NCBI GenBank assembly: GCA_039683575.1
Contig: JBDKRC010000277.1
Span: 1-50,213, forward strand
DNA: 50,213 nt
Origin: Armatimonadia bacterium
GTDB lineage: Bacteria; Armatimonadota; Zipacnadia; Zipacnadales; UBA11051
Direction: 5' to 3'
Shown: positions 1 through 8,538 of the stretch, one piece after another
How the letters are laid out: every line of letters begins with the position of its first letter
Position numbering within the stretch: position 1 is the first letter of the stretch
Notes under the pieces: generated by a model
Seen by the model: only the letters and a program-made list of their open reading frames with translations
Told to the model about the DNA's origin: nothing
Database searches by the model: none
Program-made: the position numbers and the translations under genes

Positions 1-124
1 CCTCCCAACCAAGGGCGCACAAGCCGACAGGCCACCAACCCGCCTCCGACCACCCCTGGCGCAAGTCCTACAAAGGGACATTTCTAGCTGGCAGATAGAG
101 GGACATTTCTACTTTGCGTTGACA
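1..124 (+). mobile_element. Right end of an IS1202/ISNCY-type insertion sequence (truncated by window start)
   Basis: 13-bp subterminal direct repeat AGGGACATTTCTA at 74-86 and 99-111, ending in ...TTGACA at 124 (5'-TGT on the minus strand). It directly follows a transposase-like C-terminus. Confidence 0.8.
3..98 (+). CDS. C-terminal fragment of an ISNCY/IS1202-family transposase (partial)
   Basis: Frame 3 reads SQPRAHKPTGHQPASDHPWRKSYKGTFLAGR*. The P-x-x-D-H-P-W-R tail is characteristic of these transposases, and the stop lies inside the terminal repeats. Confidence 0.75.
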   Translation, partial: SQPRAHKPTGHQPASDHPWRKSYKGTFLAGR

Positions 125-225
125 GGCAAAACCATTGTCAGGTCGCCCGTAGGCTGACGAAGGTCCCTGCGCCATGCTGGCGAAGTGGTCATTGTCAGGC
201 ATCTCAGCTCTCGGAGGGTAGTCCC

Positions 226-1050
226 GTGACAACTCAGGAGTTCAAAGATATCGCGCAGGGCATGGGAGTTGACCTTGTGGGTGTGGCGCCCGTTGAGCGG
301 TTCGCGCTCTTCGCCCCTGAAGCCAGCCCGCTGGCCATCCAGCCCCAGACGCGTTCGGTCATCGTGCTCGGCTTCGTCATTCCGCGCGGGTCGTTGCAGG
401 GGATGGAAAACGGCACGGCCGGGTACACGCTCGGAACGGGTATCCCTGGCGCGGTTGCCCTGGAGACCACATACCTGCTCTGTCGGCGACTGGAGTCCGC
501 GGGTTGGGAAGCTACGCCCGTGTTCCAGCAAGCCGGTGATATGCGCGGACAGGGCGTACGCGTGAGCCCTGACAAGCCGGAACCGAACGTGATCCTCGAG
601 TTCGACTATGCCGCCCATGCCGCGGGCTTGGGCGAAGTGGGGCGTGGTAAGTGGCTGCTCACGCCCGAGTTCGGTCCGCGGCAGATGCTGACGATCATTC
701 TCACCGATGCCGAGTTGGAGCCGGACGCGCCCTTCTCCGGCAGCGTCTGCGACGAGTGTGGCGCCTGCGCCAAGGCTTGCCCGTCGCGGGCTCTGGACAC
801 GACCTCACTGCATCGCGCTCCGTTGTGCGAGGGGGAAGCCGGCTGGTACCCCCTGCACATCGAAAGCTGCCGCGTCTGCAAGACAGGGACGACCCGGCTG
901 CCCTACTCCACCGGCTCGGAGCCCTTCCGCCTCGGAGCGGCCTGCGGACGGGCCTGCGTCGCCCATCTCGAAGACAACGGCAAGCTGACCCGCAAGTTCG
1001 CCTCGCCGTTCCGCCCGGCGGCCGCGTGCGCGCGGAAAGAGGAGGCGTGA
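226..1050 (+). CDS. QueG/reductive-dehalogenase-like 4Fe-4S (putative corrinoid) protein, copy 1
   Basis: GTG start with GGAGG RBS. DLVGVA...RSVIV N-terminus, AAGLGEVG...TPEFGPRQ...ILTDAELEPD core, CDECGACAKACP ferredoxin motif, then CRVC and CGRAC. Confidence 0.8.
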   Translation: MTTQEFKDIAQGMGVDLVGVAPVERFALFAPEASPLAIQPQTRSVIVLGFVIPRGSLQGMENGTAGYTLGTGIPGAVALETTYLLCRRLESAGWEATPVFQQAGDMRGQGVRVSPDKPEPNVILEFDYAAHAAGLGEVGRGKWLLTPEFGPRQMLTIILTDAELEPDAPFSGSVCDECGACAKACPSRALDTTSLHRAPLCEGEAGWYPLHIESCRVCKTGTTRLPYSTGSEPFRLGAACGRACVAHLEDNGKLTRKFASPFRPAAACARKEEA

Positions 1051-1056
1051 GCCCCC

Positions 1057-2127
1057 GTGCTGACCAAAGAAGCCCTGCGCGACTACGCATACAATGTCGT
1101 GAATGTCGACAAGCTTGGCGTGGCCAATATTGAGCGGTTTGATAGCGCGCCGCCGGACATGCATCCTCGCAACATCATGCCGAAGGCCCGCTCCGTGGTG
1201 GTCTTCCTCAAGCGCATCTTGCGCGGGACGTGCCGCGGCGTCGACGAGGGTACCCACTGGCCCTCCTATCACATCTACAGCTACGCTGGTCTCAACCACA
1301 TGCTGGGCGTCGCCAACTACCGCCTGGCGCGTTTCATCGAGCAGCAGGGGTTCGACGCCACCTCGCTGTCCGCAATCGCCACCAGCCGGGAATTTGGTCC
1401 GGCCGCCCCACCGCCAGCGCCCGGTCTCCCTGCGCGGGAGGTGGTTGTCCAGCATCGCATCGCCGCAACCCTCGCGGGTCTTGGCGAAATGGGCTGGTCG
1501 AAGGTATTCATGACCCGCGAATTCGGGCCCCGGCAGCGCCTGGGCGTGCTGCTCACCGATGCCGAACTGGAGCCCGATCCGATTGAGACTGGCGTACTGT
1601 GTGACCGCTGTAAGCGCTGTGTAGCCGAATGCCCCGCCGGAGCCATTGATCGCGACAAATCCGTCTCCATCGAGGTGGAAGGGCACCGGCTGGAGTGGAA
1701 CGACCTGGATCTGGGCAAATGCAAGCTTACACACTTCGGGCTCAACAAGCGCAGCGGGCCCTTCTTTGCCAAGCGCTTCCCCGGCGTCCGCATGACAGTT
1801 GCCGAGCAGGAGGTAACCTGGCTGGAAGCGTGGGACCTGGGGCGGGCAATGTTCCCGACCATGCCGGCCCTGCAAGCCCTCTCAGCGCACCCTGTGGCCG
1901 CCTGTGGCGCACGCGGCTGCATTGTGGGCTGCATGAAGCATGTGGAGAAGCAGGGGACGGTCGAGAACAGCTTCAATACCCGCCCCGTGTTCAGCGAAGA
2001 TGAGCCCTGGCGCCTTGACGACGAACCTTCGCACCACTTTGCGGATCATAAGGGGTTGGTCTACGACCCCGAGGCGCCGCCTGCCTCTGAGACGCCGAAG
2101 GCGCGGGATGATGAAGGCTGGTATTGA
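1057..2127 (+). CDS. QueG/reductive-dehalogenase-like 4Fe-4S (putative corrinoid) protein, copy 2
   Basis: Starts 6 bp after copy 1. HRIAATLAGLGEMG...TREFGPRQRL...LTDAELEPD core, CDRCKRCVAECP motif and a C-terminal CGARGCIVGC. Confidence 0.8.
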   Translation: MLTKEALRDYAYNVVNVDKLGVANIERFDSAPPDMHPRNIMPKARSVVVFLKRILRGTCRGVDEGTHWPSYHIYSYAGLNHMLGVANYRLARFIEQQGFDATSLSAIATSREFGPAAPPPAPGLPAREVVVQHRIAATLAGLGEMGWSKVFMTREFGPRQRLGVLLTDAELEPDPIETGVLCDRCKRCVAECPAGAIDRDKSVSIEVEGHRLEWNDLDLGKCKLTHFGLNKRSGPFFAKRFPGVRMTVAEQEVTWLEAWDLGRAMFPTMPALQALSAHPVAACGARGCIVGCMKHVEKQGTVENSFNTRPVFSEDEPWRLDDEPSHHFADHKGLVYDPEAPPASETPKARDDEGWY

Positions 2128-2171
2128 GAGACTGACCGGGGGCGAGCCAATCACAGCGGGAGACTATCACG

Positions 2172-3536
2172 ATGTACAGTATTCGTCCGCGCAACCTGTA
2201 TGCACTGGATTGGGCGCTGGAAGATGAGCGCAACGTTCGCCGGCTGGAGCGCTTGGTCGCTGGCCTGAAGCGCCAGATGTCAGAAGTGCAGGTGATTACC
2301 GCCGAACAGTTGCCGCAGGCGATCCGCGACAGCGGCTGGATCGGCGAAGTGCGCCAGGGGGCCTACCAGGATGTCAGCGATCCTGACTTCCTCTTCACGG
2401 CCTTCAAGTGGCTCACCCCCGAGCAGCGCTCGGAAGTAGCCAAGACCGAACTGTTCCAGCAGTGCGTGGACGCGCACGCGTCCTACGGTGACTGCAAACA
2501 ATGGTTCACTGGCGGCCGGATACTGGCCATGCTGGGGGCGGCCCCGTTCTTCCACTACGAGCAGCGCGCCGAATGGAATCGCGCCCATGTGTGCTGGAGC
2601 TTGCACGACCTGCATTCCGCCTGGGGCTGCGCCCACCGCTGCTCATACTGCCAGCGTGGCTCGGTCTATGTGGTTAACCTCAATGTTGAGGAGTTCGTGG
2701 ACAGGGTGGGCGATTTCATCGACCAGACGCCCTGGCAGAAGACCTTCCGCTACGATGTAGAGCAGGACGTCTTTACCATCGAGCCAGAGTATGGCGCTTG
2801 TGAGATGCTGGTACGGGACTTCGCCCAGCGTGACGACCGCTACCTGATCCTCTTCACCAAAAGCGCCAACACCGACTTCCTCCTGCCGCTTGAGCACAAC
2901 GGCCACACGATGATGCTCTGGACGCTCTCCTCCCACACCGTGAGTCGCCGCTATGAGGCCCTGACAGGGACGATGGAAGAGCGCATCGAGGCCGCTCGGC
3001 GCTGCCAGGAGGCCGGGTACACGGTGCGCTTCAAGCTCAAGCCCATCATCCCGATCAAGAACTGGCGAGAAGAGACAACCCAGATGCTGGAGCTTCTGTA
3101 CTCACGGGTGAAGCCGGACAATCTGAGCATGGAAATGGTATTCGTCGACAGTGTCGCCGAGATGAACGACACGATGGGGCGCGATAGCCTCGATCCCGCC
3201 TTCGTTGCAGCCGCTGAGCAGGCGGAGGCGGAGCGGGGAGACTGCTGGGACAAAGAGATTGACGGAGAGAAGCCGTTCCCCTTCGAGGTGAAGGCCGAAC
3301 TCTATCGCTACGTCATCTCAGAATCCCGGCGCCTTAGCCCTGACACTCCGATAACGCTCTGTGCTGAGAACATGCGGATGTGGGAAGAACTCGGGGATCT
3401 TCTCGACGGGAAGCCCTGGAACTACCCCTGCAACTGTGGCCCACACTGCACTCCGCAGCGGCAGCGCATCACGGAAGTGCAAGGCCCGGATGCCGAGCGT
3501 ATCTGCCGCGCGGTCGCCAATGGTGGCGTCCGCTGA
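2172..3536 (+). CDS. Radical SAM protein, spore photoproduct lyase (SplB)-like family
   Basis: CAHRCSYC (CxxxCxxC), FTKSAN and WTLS...YE...TMEERIEAA...GY.V...PII segments typical of SPL-like enzymes. Extra C-terminal CNCGPHC. GGGAG RBS. Confidence 0.8.
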   Translation: MYSIRPRNLYALDWALEDERNVRRLERLVAGLKRQMSEVQVITAEQLPQAIRDSGWIGEVRQGAYQDVSDPDFLFTAFKWLTPEQRSEVAKTELFQQCVDAHASYGDCKQWFTGGRILAMLGAAPFFHYEQRAEWNRAHVCWSLHDLHSAWGCAHRCSYCQRGSVYVVNLNVEEFVDRVGDFIDQTPWQKTFRYDVEQDVFTIEPEYGACEMLVRDFAQRDDRYLILFTKSANTDFLLPLEHNGHTMMLWTLSSHTVSRRYEALTGTMEERIEAARRCQEAGYTVRFKLKPIIPIKNWREETTQMLELLYSRVKPDNLSMEMVFVDSVAEMNDTMGRDSLDPAFVAAAEQAEAERGDCWDKEIDGEKPFPFEVKAELYRYVISESRRLSPDTPITLCAENMRMWEELGDLLDGKPWNYPCNCGPHCTPQRQRITEVQGPDAERICRAVANGGVR

Positions 3537-3597
3537 CTCACGACCCCGCAAGACTGTGCTCTGACGCTACAACTCCTCTGCAAGGGTGGGTTGCCGG

Positions 3598-6444
3598 ATG
3601 AAGCAGTTCCTGCTGAGCATTGTGGCCGTAACACTGGCGGTATCGGTTGCATTCGCACAGACTGACATCCTCACCACGCCCGCGCCGAGTACTGGCAAAG
3701 TGGCCTCTTTCGAGACCGAGGCCGATAGCCAGTTCGTGCTGCAGGGGGGCGTCAGCGGCACGCGAGTGAAAGAACACGCCACGGATGGAGAGTGGGCCCT
3801 GCGGGTGCTGGCAAAGGGTTCCGACCAGCCCAGTTGGCCCGCACTCTGGCTATACCCCAAGACTGAGCCCAACTGGAGCGCCCGCGAGCTCCTGGTCATG
3901 GATATCTTCCTCGAGACCCCCGACAGCGTTGAGTTCGGCGCTCAGCTTTGCGCTCTGGACCGCAAGGACGCGGTGACGGCGTCGCTGGGACGCCTGCAGC
4001 CCGGCTGGAACAAGGGCATCACGCTGTGCCTGCAGGATTTCGGCTGGGACCTTACCCGCATCGCCAACCTCGCGCTGTATCTGGGCTCCCCGAAGAAGGA
4101 CGTGATCTACACTATCGACAACGTCCGCTGGGAGAGGCTGCCACAGGCTTCCGGGGGCTGGATCAGCGTGAGCGAACTCGGAGCCTCTGGCTCGGTATTC
4201 GAGACCACCGCCAGCGCCACGGCCGGCTCGAACCAGATCACTGTGGCCGACGCCGGTGACCTGCAGGTCGGTCAGCAGATCACAGTCTCAAAGTGCAACA
4301 TCCGGTACCTGCGGCCGACGCAGTATGGCCCCGGCGAACCCTACTCGACTTCGAAGCCCCTTGGTGACGCTCTGGAGATGCGTGGCTATGACGGCAGCGG
4401 AGGCAGTTGGCTGGCCTACATCCTCGAGATAGATGGCACCGACCCGGTCACCTTCCGCTGGAAGGGAGACCTCGCCAAGCAGTGGGACGGCACGAGAGTG
4501 CCCGTCACCTACGACTGGCAGAAGCTCAGCGGCGGAACCGAGGTGCGCTTCAAGCAGCAGGAGTGGAAGAAGGGGCAGATGGTGACCTTCTCGGCCCGCG
4601 ATCAGTTGGTCAGCACTATCGAGAAGATCGATGGCAAAGTCATCACCCTGGCTGACGCTGCTAACCGCACAGTCACCGACGCGGTCGTCCGACACACCGA
4701 TCGCGAAGCAGTGCAGAAGGCGATCAACCTCGCTCTCAAGCGCAAGTGCAACGTCTTCTTCCCATCGGGGCATTACCGGATACCCGGCGGCCTGCGGGTC
4801 ATGAACGCCTCAGCCATACGGCTTGAAGGCGCTGACGCCGCCACCACCGTCCTCGACATCAGCGACGGGGAAGGTTCCTGTTTCGGCCTCCAGCGGGGGA
4901 CGGAAGTGACGATTCGCAACTTCACGATGGTTGGCCATACCGGGTTGGCAGAGGCTCCTCTGTCCTTCACCACCTCGACGGGCTATGGATACTGGCCCAA
5001 CGGCCTCAAAGGCTGCAATGCGGTGGGCATGTCAGGTACGGAACGGGTTCTGATCGAAAACGTGCATGTCAGCCGCATGGCCAATGAGGCCTTCTATGCC
5101 CAGGGGCCCGCGCGCGCTGGCAAGACAGAGCCCCCACAGTATCAGAAGTCACTCACGTACCTGCGCTGCAGCGTCACAGACTGCGCCGCCAATGCCTTCA
5201 ACAACAACGACCGGGCGGAAAACACCAGCATCCTGTACTGCCGCGTGGATGGCGCCGGTTGGCATGCTGCCGAGATGCCGGCACGCTTCCTGCGGGTCAT
5301 CGGCTCATATTTCCGCAACACTGGCGCGATTACCGTCGGTGATATGAGCCATCGCTACGAGGACCTGAACGAACTGGGCTGCGGGCAGGCCTTCATCTGC
5401 GACAACGTCTTCGAGGGTATCGGTCGCTGCGGCGGCATCGCCGTCAACCACGGGTCCTCGCAGGTAGTCATCTCCGGCAACCTCTTCATCAACTTCAATG
5501 GCAACGCGATAACGGTCTCCAGCGCCACCGTGCGCCCCACGTTGCCGTGGTTCAAGCCAGATGCGCCGCTGGAGTGGGGCTCCTACCCTTCGCGGAGCGC
5601 CGTCATCACCGACAACATCATCGACATGACCTATCCCGCCCAAAACGGAGCATACCGTGTCGGGATCAACGTTGATGCCTCCGAAGTCACCATAGCCAAC
5701 AACCAAGTCTATGTCCGCGGAGAGGCTGATCCACGGGTGACGGGGATCAGGCTGCGTGAGCCGGCGCTGCATCTGACCGTCCATGACAATCTCGTGCGTA
5801 ACTGTGGCGCGGGGCTGCTGACAGGCCGGGCCACCTCACGCGTCACGCAGGTAGTTGACGCCACAACCTTCATGGAAGCTTCTCTGCCGCTGGAGTGGCG
5901 CTATACGCACCAGTACCAGGGCTGGAACGTTCTCTGGACCAGCGGTGGCAAGGTAGTCGGCACCTCGATCATAGACAGCTATGACCCGGCCACGCTGCTA
6001 TTCAAGCTCAAGACGCCGCGTGAGATGAAGGTGGGGGATACCTTTGAGATATGCCCGCCGGGGGCGGCCAACTGGAGCATCCACAGCAACACCATCACCG
6101 GTTGCACCAATCCGGTCGTGCTCGACAACTATGGCAGCGTGACGAACTGCTTCTCTGACAACCAGATCAGCCGCGGTGGGGCCATCGGCGTCAAGCAGGC
6201 AATAAGCGTCCAGGGACTATACGAACTCAGGGGGAACCAGATCACGGGGTTTGACGAAGCCGGCTGCGCGGCTCTGCTGCTGGGGCCCGACAGGCAGGGG
6301 AAGCCACTAACGAATCGTTACCGCAACAACTTCATAAGCGGCTGTGCCGTAGGAGTAGCCGAAAGCGTGCCGGGCTTGTGGGACGCCTCAACACGCGAGG
6401 GCAATGTGTTCACCGACTGCGGAGGCAAGGCGCCCCAGGACTAG
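3598..6444 (+). CDS. Secreted right-handed beta-helix (pectin lyase-like) protein with N-terminal CBM-like domain
   Basis: Signal peptide MKQFLLSIVAVTLAVSVAFA, N-terminal beta-sandwich ending YTIDNVRW, DREAVQKAI...VFFPSGHYRI beta-helix cap, and many I.(D/G/N)N repeats. ATG 3598 chosen over the ORF-track start. Confidence 0.75.
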   Translation: MKQFLLSIVAVTLAVSVAFAQTDILTTPAPSTGKVASFETEADSQFVLQGGVSGTRVKEHATDGEWALRVLAKGSDQPSWPALWLYPKTEPNWSARELLVMDIFLETPDSVEFGAQLCALDRKDAVTASLGRLQPGWNKGITLCLQDFGWDLTRIANLALYLGSPKKDVIYTIDNVRWERLPQASGGWISVSELGASGSVFETTASATAGSNQITVADAGDLQVGQQITVSKCNIRYLRPTQYGPGEPYSTSKPLGDALEMRGYDGSGGSWLAYILEIDGTDPVTFRWKGDLAKQWDGTRVPVTYDWQKLSGGTEVRFKQQEWKKGQMVTFSARDQLVSTIEKIDGKVITLADAANRTVTDAVVRHTDREAVQKAINLALKRKCNVFFPSGHYRIPGGLRVMNASAIRLEGADAATTVLDISDGEGSCFGLQRGTEVTIRNFTMVGHTGLAEAPLSFTTSTGYGYWPNGLKGCNAVGMSGTERVLIENVHVSRMANEAFYAQGPARAGKTEPPQYQKSLTYLRCSVTDCAANAFNNNDRAENTSILYCRVDGAGWHAAEMPARFLRVIGSYFRNTGAITVGDMSHRYEDLNELGCGQAFICDNVFEGIGRCGGIAVNHGSSQVVISGNLFINFNGNAITVSSATVRPTLPWFKPDAPLEWGSYPSRSAVITDNIIDMTYPAQNGAYRVGINVDASEVTIANNQVYVRGEADPRVTGIRLREPALHLTVHDNLVRNCGAGLLTGRATSRVTQVVDATTFMEASLPLEWRYTHQYQGWNVLWTSGGKVVGTSIIDSYDPATLLFKLKTPREMKVGDTFEICPPGAANWSIHSNTITGCTNPVVLDNYGSVTNCFSDNQISRGGAIGVKQAISVQGLYELRGNQITGFDEAGCAALLLGPDRQGKPLTNRYRNNFISGCAVGVAESVPGLWDASTREGNVFTDCGGKAPQD

Positions 6445-7628
6445 GCGCTCGCGACGCGCACGTTGGTGACTGTGACGTCCCGGACGAACTCCGGTCCGGG
6501 TACGATGGTGATCGCCTCTCCGGCGATGTCGTGGCGGATAACATTGCTGATGATCGAGTCGCACAGCGACCCGCCGATCATGATCGTGTGCTCGGAGCGG
6601 CTGATCACGTTGTTTACGATGAACCGGCTGGTGCTCCCTAAGGGAGCCACGCCACCCCCGTAGTGGTGATCCCCGATCTTGACCGCTGCCCGGCAACGCA
6701 TGTCCGACGGCGAGGTATCAATCAGCCCGTCGAGCAAGATGTCGTGCATCTGCACGCCGGGTGTGTTCAGGAACCTGACAATGTGGTGGCCGCCCCGGCA
6801 ATAGCCCCTGACGTTCCTGATGATGACGTGCCGGATGGCGTCCAGCCCCTCGCCCCGGTCCTGAGTGCAGCTGATCATCGTGGACTTCAGCCCGCCGGCA
6901 GGAGCGCCGTTGAGGTTCGGGATAGCCGTGAGAGCAATGAGATCGTCGCCGCTGTAGCCGCTGATATTCTCGATCAGGATGTCGTGACAGCCGAGCCGCA
7001 GGTCAACCCCATCCTGGTTCAGGATCGTCTGTTTCTCGCCGTCAATCGCCTTTGTTCCGCTGGAAGCGAAGTCAAGGTCGCGCACAACTCCATGTGCACA
7101 ACGCTCCAGCGAGATCCCCCAGCAGTGTGAGTCCTTCATCGAGAGGTTCTTGAGGCTGAAGCCCTCGACGAACGCCATCAGAATCCCGATATTCCGCCAA
7201 TCCCCGGTTTGACTCTGCCCCTCAACCCCGGCATCCGTGCCATACGTGTTCTCACCGAGTGTCTTGCCCCCGTCACCGGTGGCACGCGGGCGGTCTGCAC
7301 CCTCGAGCAGCACGTTGCCGACTCCGTAGATGCGGATGCCGCTCAGTGGCTCTATCTCGGTAATGCCCGCCCCGCAGTTGGCGCTGCGGATCATGTTGTC
7401 GCGACACTGGTCCGAGAGCTTGAGATGGCAGTTGTCGAGTTCCAGAACGGTGTCACCCGGCACAAGGATCGCCGAATCGAGCAGCCAGAGGTCTCGTTCG
7501 CCTCCGGAGCAGTTGTGACGGGGGATCACAATGCGCTTGCCAGTGCCCGCGGCGGCCTGCAGCGCCTGGTTTATGCGCTCCACATCAGAGCCCTGGAAGT
7601 CGTTGGGGGTCAGGAACTGGGCGTCCAA
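6441..7628 (-). CDS. GH28-like (polygalacturonase-type) beta-helix glycoside hydrolase, no signal peptide
   Basis: DVERINQAL cap, and NQDG / SGDD / GGHH / AVKIG resembling the GH28 NTD, DD, GHG and RIK motifs. TTG start at 7628 follows an AGGAGA RBS just after the activase stop. Confidence 0.7.
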   Translation of the reverse strand: MDAQFLTPNDFQGSDVERINQALQAAAGTGKRIVIPRHNCSGGERDLWLLDSAILVPGDTVLELDNCHLKLSDQCRDNMIRSANCGAGITEIEPLSGIRIYGVGNVLLEGADRPRATGDGGKTLGENTYGTDAGVEGQSQTGDWRNIGILMAFVEGFSLKNLSMKDSHCWGISLERCAHGVVRDLDFASSGTKAIDGEKQTILNQDGVDLRLGCHDILIENISGYSGDDLIALTAIPNLNGAPAGGLKSTMISCTQDRGEGLDAIRHVIIRNVRGYCRGGHHIVRFLNTPGVQMHDILLDGLIDTSPSDMRCRAAVKIGDHHYGGGVAPLGSTSRFIVNNVISRSEHTIMIGGSLCDSIISNVIRHDIAGEAITIVPGPEFVRDVTVTNVRVASA

Positions 7629-7647
7629 GGTAAGTCTCCTTGTACTC

Positions 7648-8538
7648 TTATGTGACATGAAGACCGAAGCCTTGCAGGATGGCCTTCGCGTTGTCGATTG
7701 TGGCAGCATCCGGCGGCTGGACATCGTCCATGGGATACGGCCGACCGATTGTCTCGTACTTCGACCGCGCCAGATGGTACGGCAGCAGCCTAACCCCAAC
7801 AATGTTGTTGAGATCGTTCAGGAGCTGCCCAATGGCGGCCATGCTGTCTGTGTCCGCATTGAAGCCCGGGATGGTCGGTATGCGGATCTCAATCGGTACG
7901 CCGCAACCCGACAAGCGCTTGAGGTTGTCGAGTATTTTGCCGTTCGAACTGCCCGTGTGTGCCCGGTGTACCGCCTCGTCCATGTGCTTTAGGTCGTACA
8001 GAAACAGGTCAGTATGGGGCAGAACAGTCTCGAAGCACTCCCATCCCACCGCCCCTGAGGTGTCCATGGCGCAGTGTATGCCGCTCTGTCGCAGAATGCC
8101 GAAGACCTCGGCGCAAAACGGCGCTTGCAGGAGCGGCTCCCCCCCCGAGATGGTGCAGCCGCCGCCGGACTTGGTATAGAAGGTCGCATCCTCCAGCACT
8201 GCTGCCGCTACCTCCTCGGCGGTCATCTCGCTGCCATAGTGCCGAAGCGCCCCCGGCAGGCAAGCCTCAACGCATTTGCCGCAAGCCTTACAGAGGCCGC
8301 GGTTGAGCCTGTGGCTGCCCCCGTCGAAGGTATGTGCCCCAACGGGACAAGCTTCGGCGCACTTCCCGCATCCGACGCATTTACGCTTCACGAACCCGAT
8401 CTCGGGCCTAGGTGATATGCTCTCGGGGTTGTGACACCACCGGCATTGCAGGGCGCAGCCCTTGAGGAAAGCCGTCGTCCTAATGCCTGGGCCGTCGTGG
8501 ACGGACAGACGTGTGAGCTCCAGCAGACGCCCTGTCAT
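7648..8538 (-). CDS. Glycyl-radical enzyme activating enzyme (radical SAM, with ferredoxin insert)
   Basis: HDGPGIRT..FLKGCALQCRWCHNPES, two CxxCxxCxxxC motifs, GGGCTISGGEPLLQ, DTSG, YDLK, LLPYH. Start overlaps the GRE stop (alternative GTG at 8541). Confidence 0.95.
   Translation of the reverse strand: MTGRLLELTRLSVHDGPGIRTTAFLKGCALQCRWCHNPESISPRPEIGFVKRKCVGCGKCAEACPVGAHTFDGGSHRLNRGLCKACGKCVEACLPGALRHYGSEMTAEEVAAAVLEDATFYTKSGGGCTISGGEPLLQAPFCAEVFGILRQSGIHCAMDTSGAVGWECFETVLPHTDLFLYDLKHMDEAVHRAHTGSSNGKILDNLKRLSGCGVPIEIRIPTIPGFNADTDSMAAIGQLLNDLNNIVGVRLLPYHLARSKYETIGRPYPMDDVQPPDAATIDNAKAILQGFGLHVT

Noticed and set aside
805-1875. Long antisense and alternate-frame ORFs (also 8568-9785, 14297-15202, 15454-16410, 31905-32939 and others)
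   Set aside because: Shadows of real genes in GC-rich DNA, with no motifs.
226-2127. Calling these queG or rdhA
   Set aside because: No QueG DYH motif, no Tat signal and no rdhB; only the shared fold is supported.
6441-6444. Shared CTAG stop overlaps of convergent genes (also 30992-30995) as IS target scars
   Set aside because: Overlapping TAG stops produce CTAG automatically; no duplication or element is present.
7629-7802. N-terminal extension of the GH28-like ORF given in the ORF track
   Set aside because: It overlaps the activase gene; an RBS plus TTG at 7628 gives a cleaner start.
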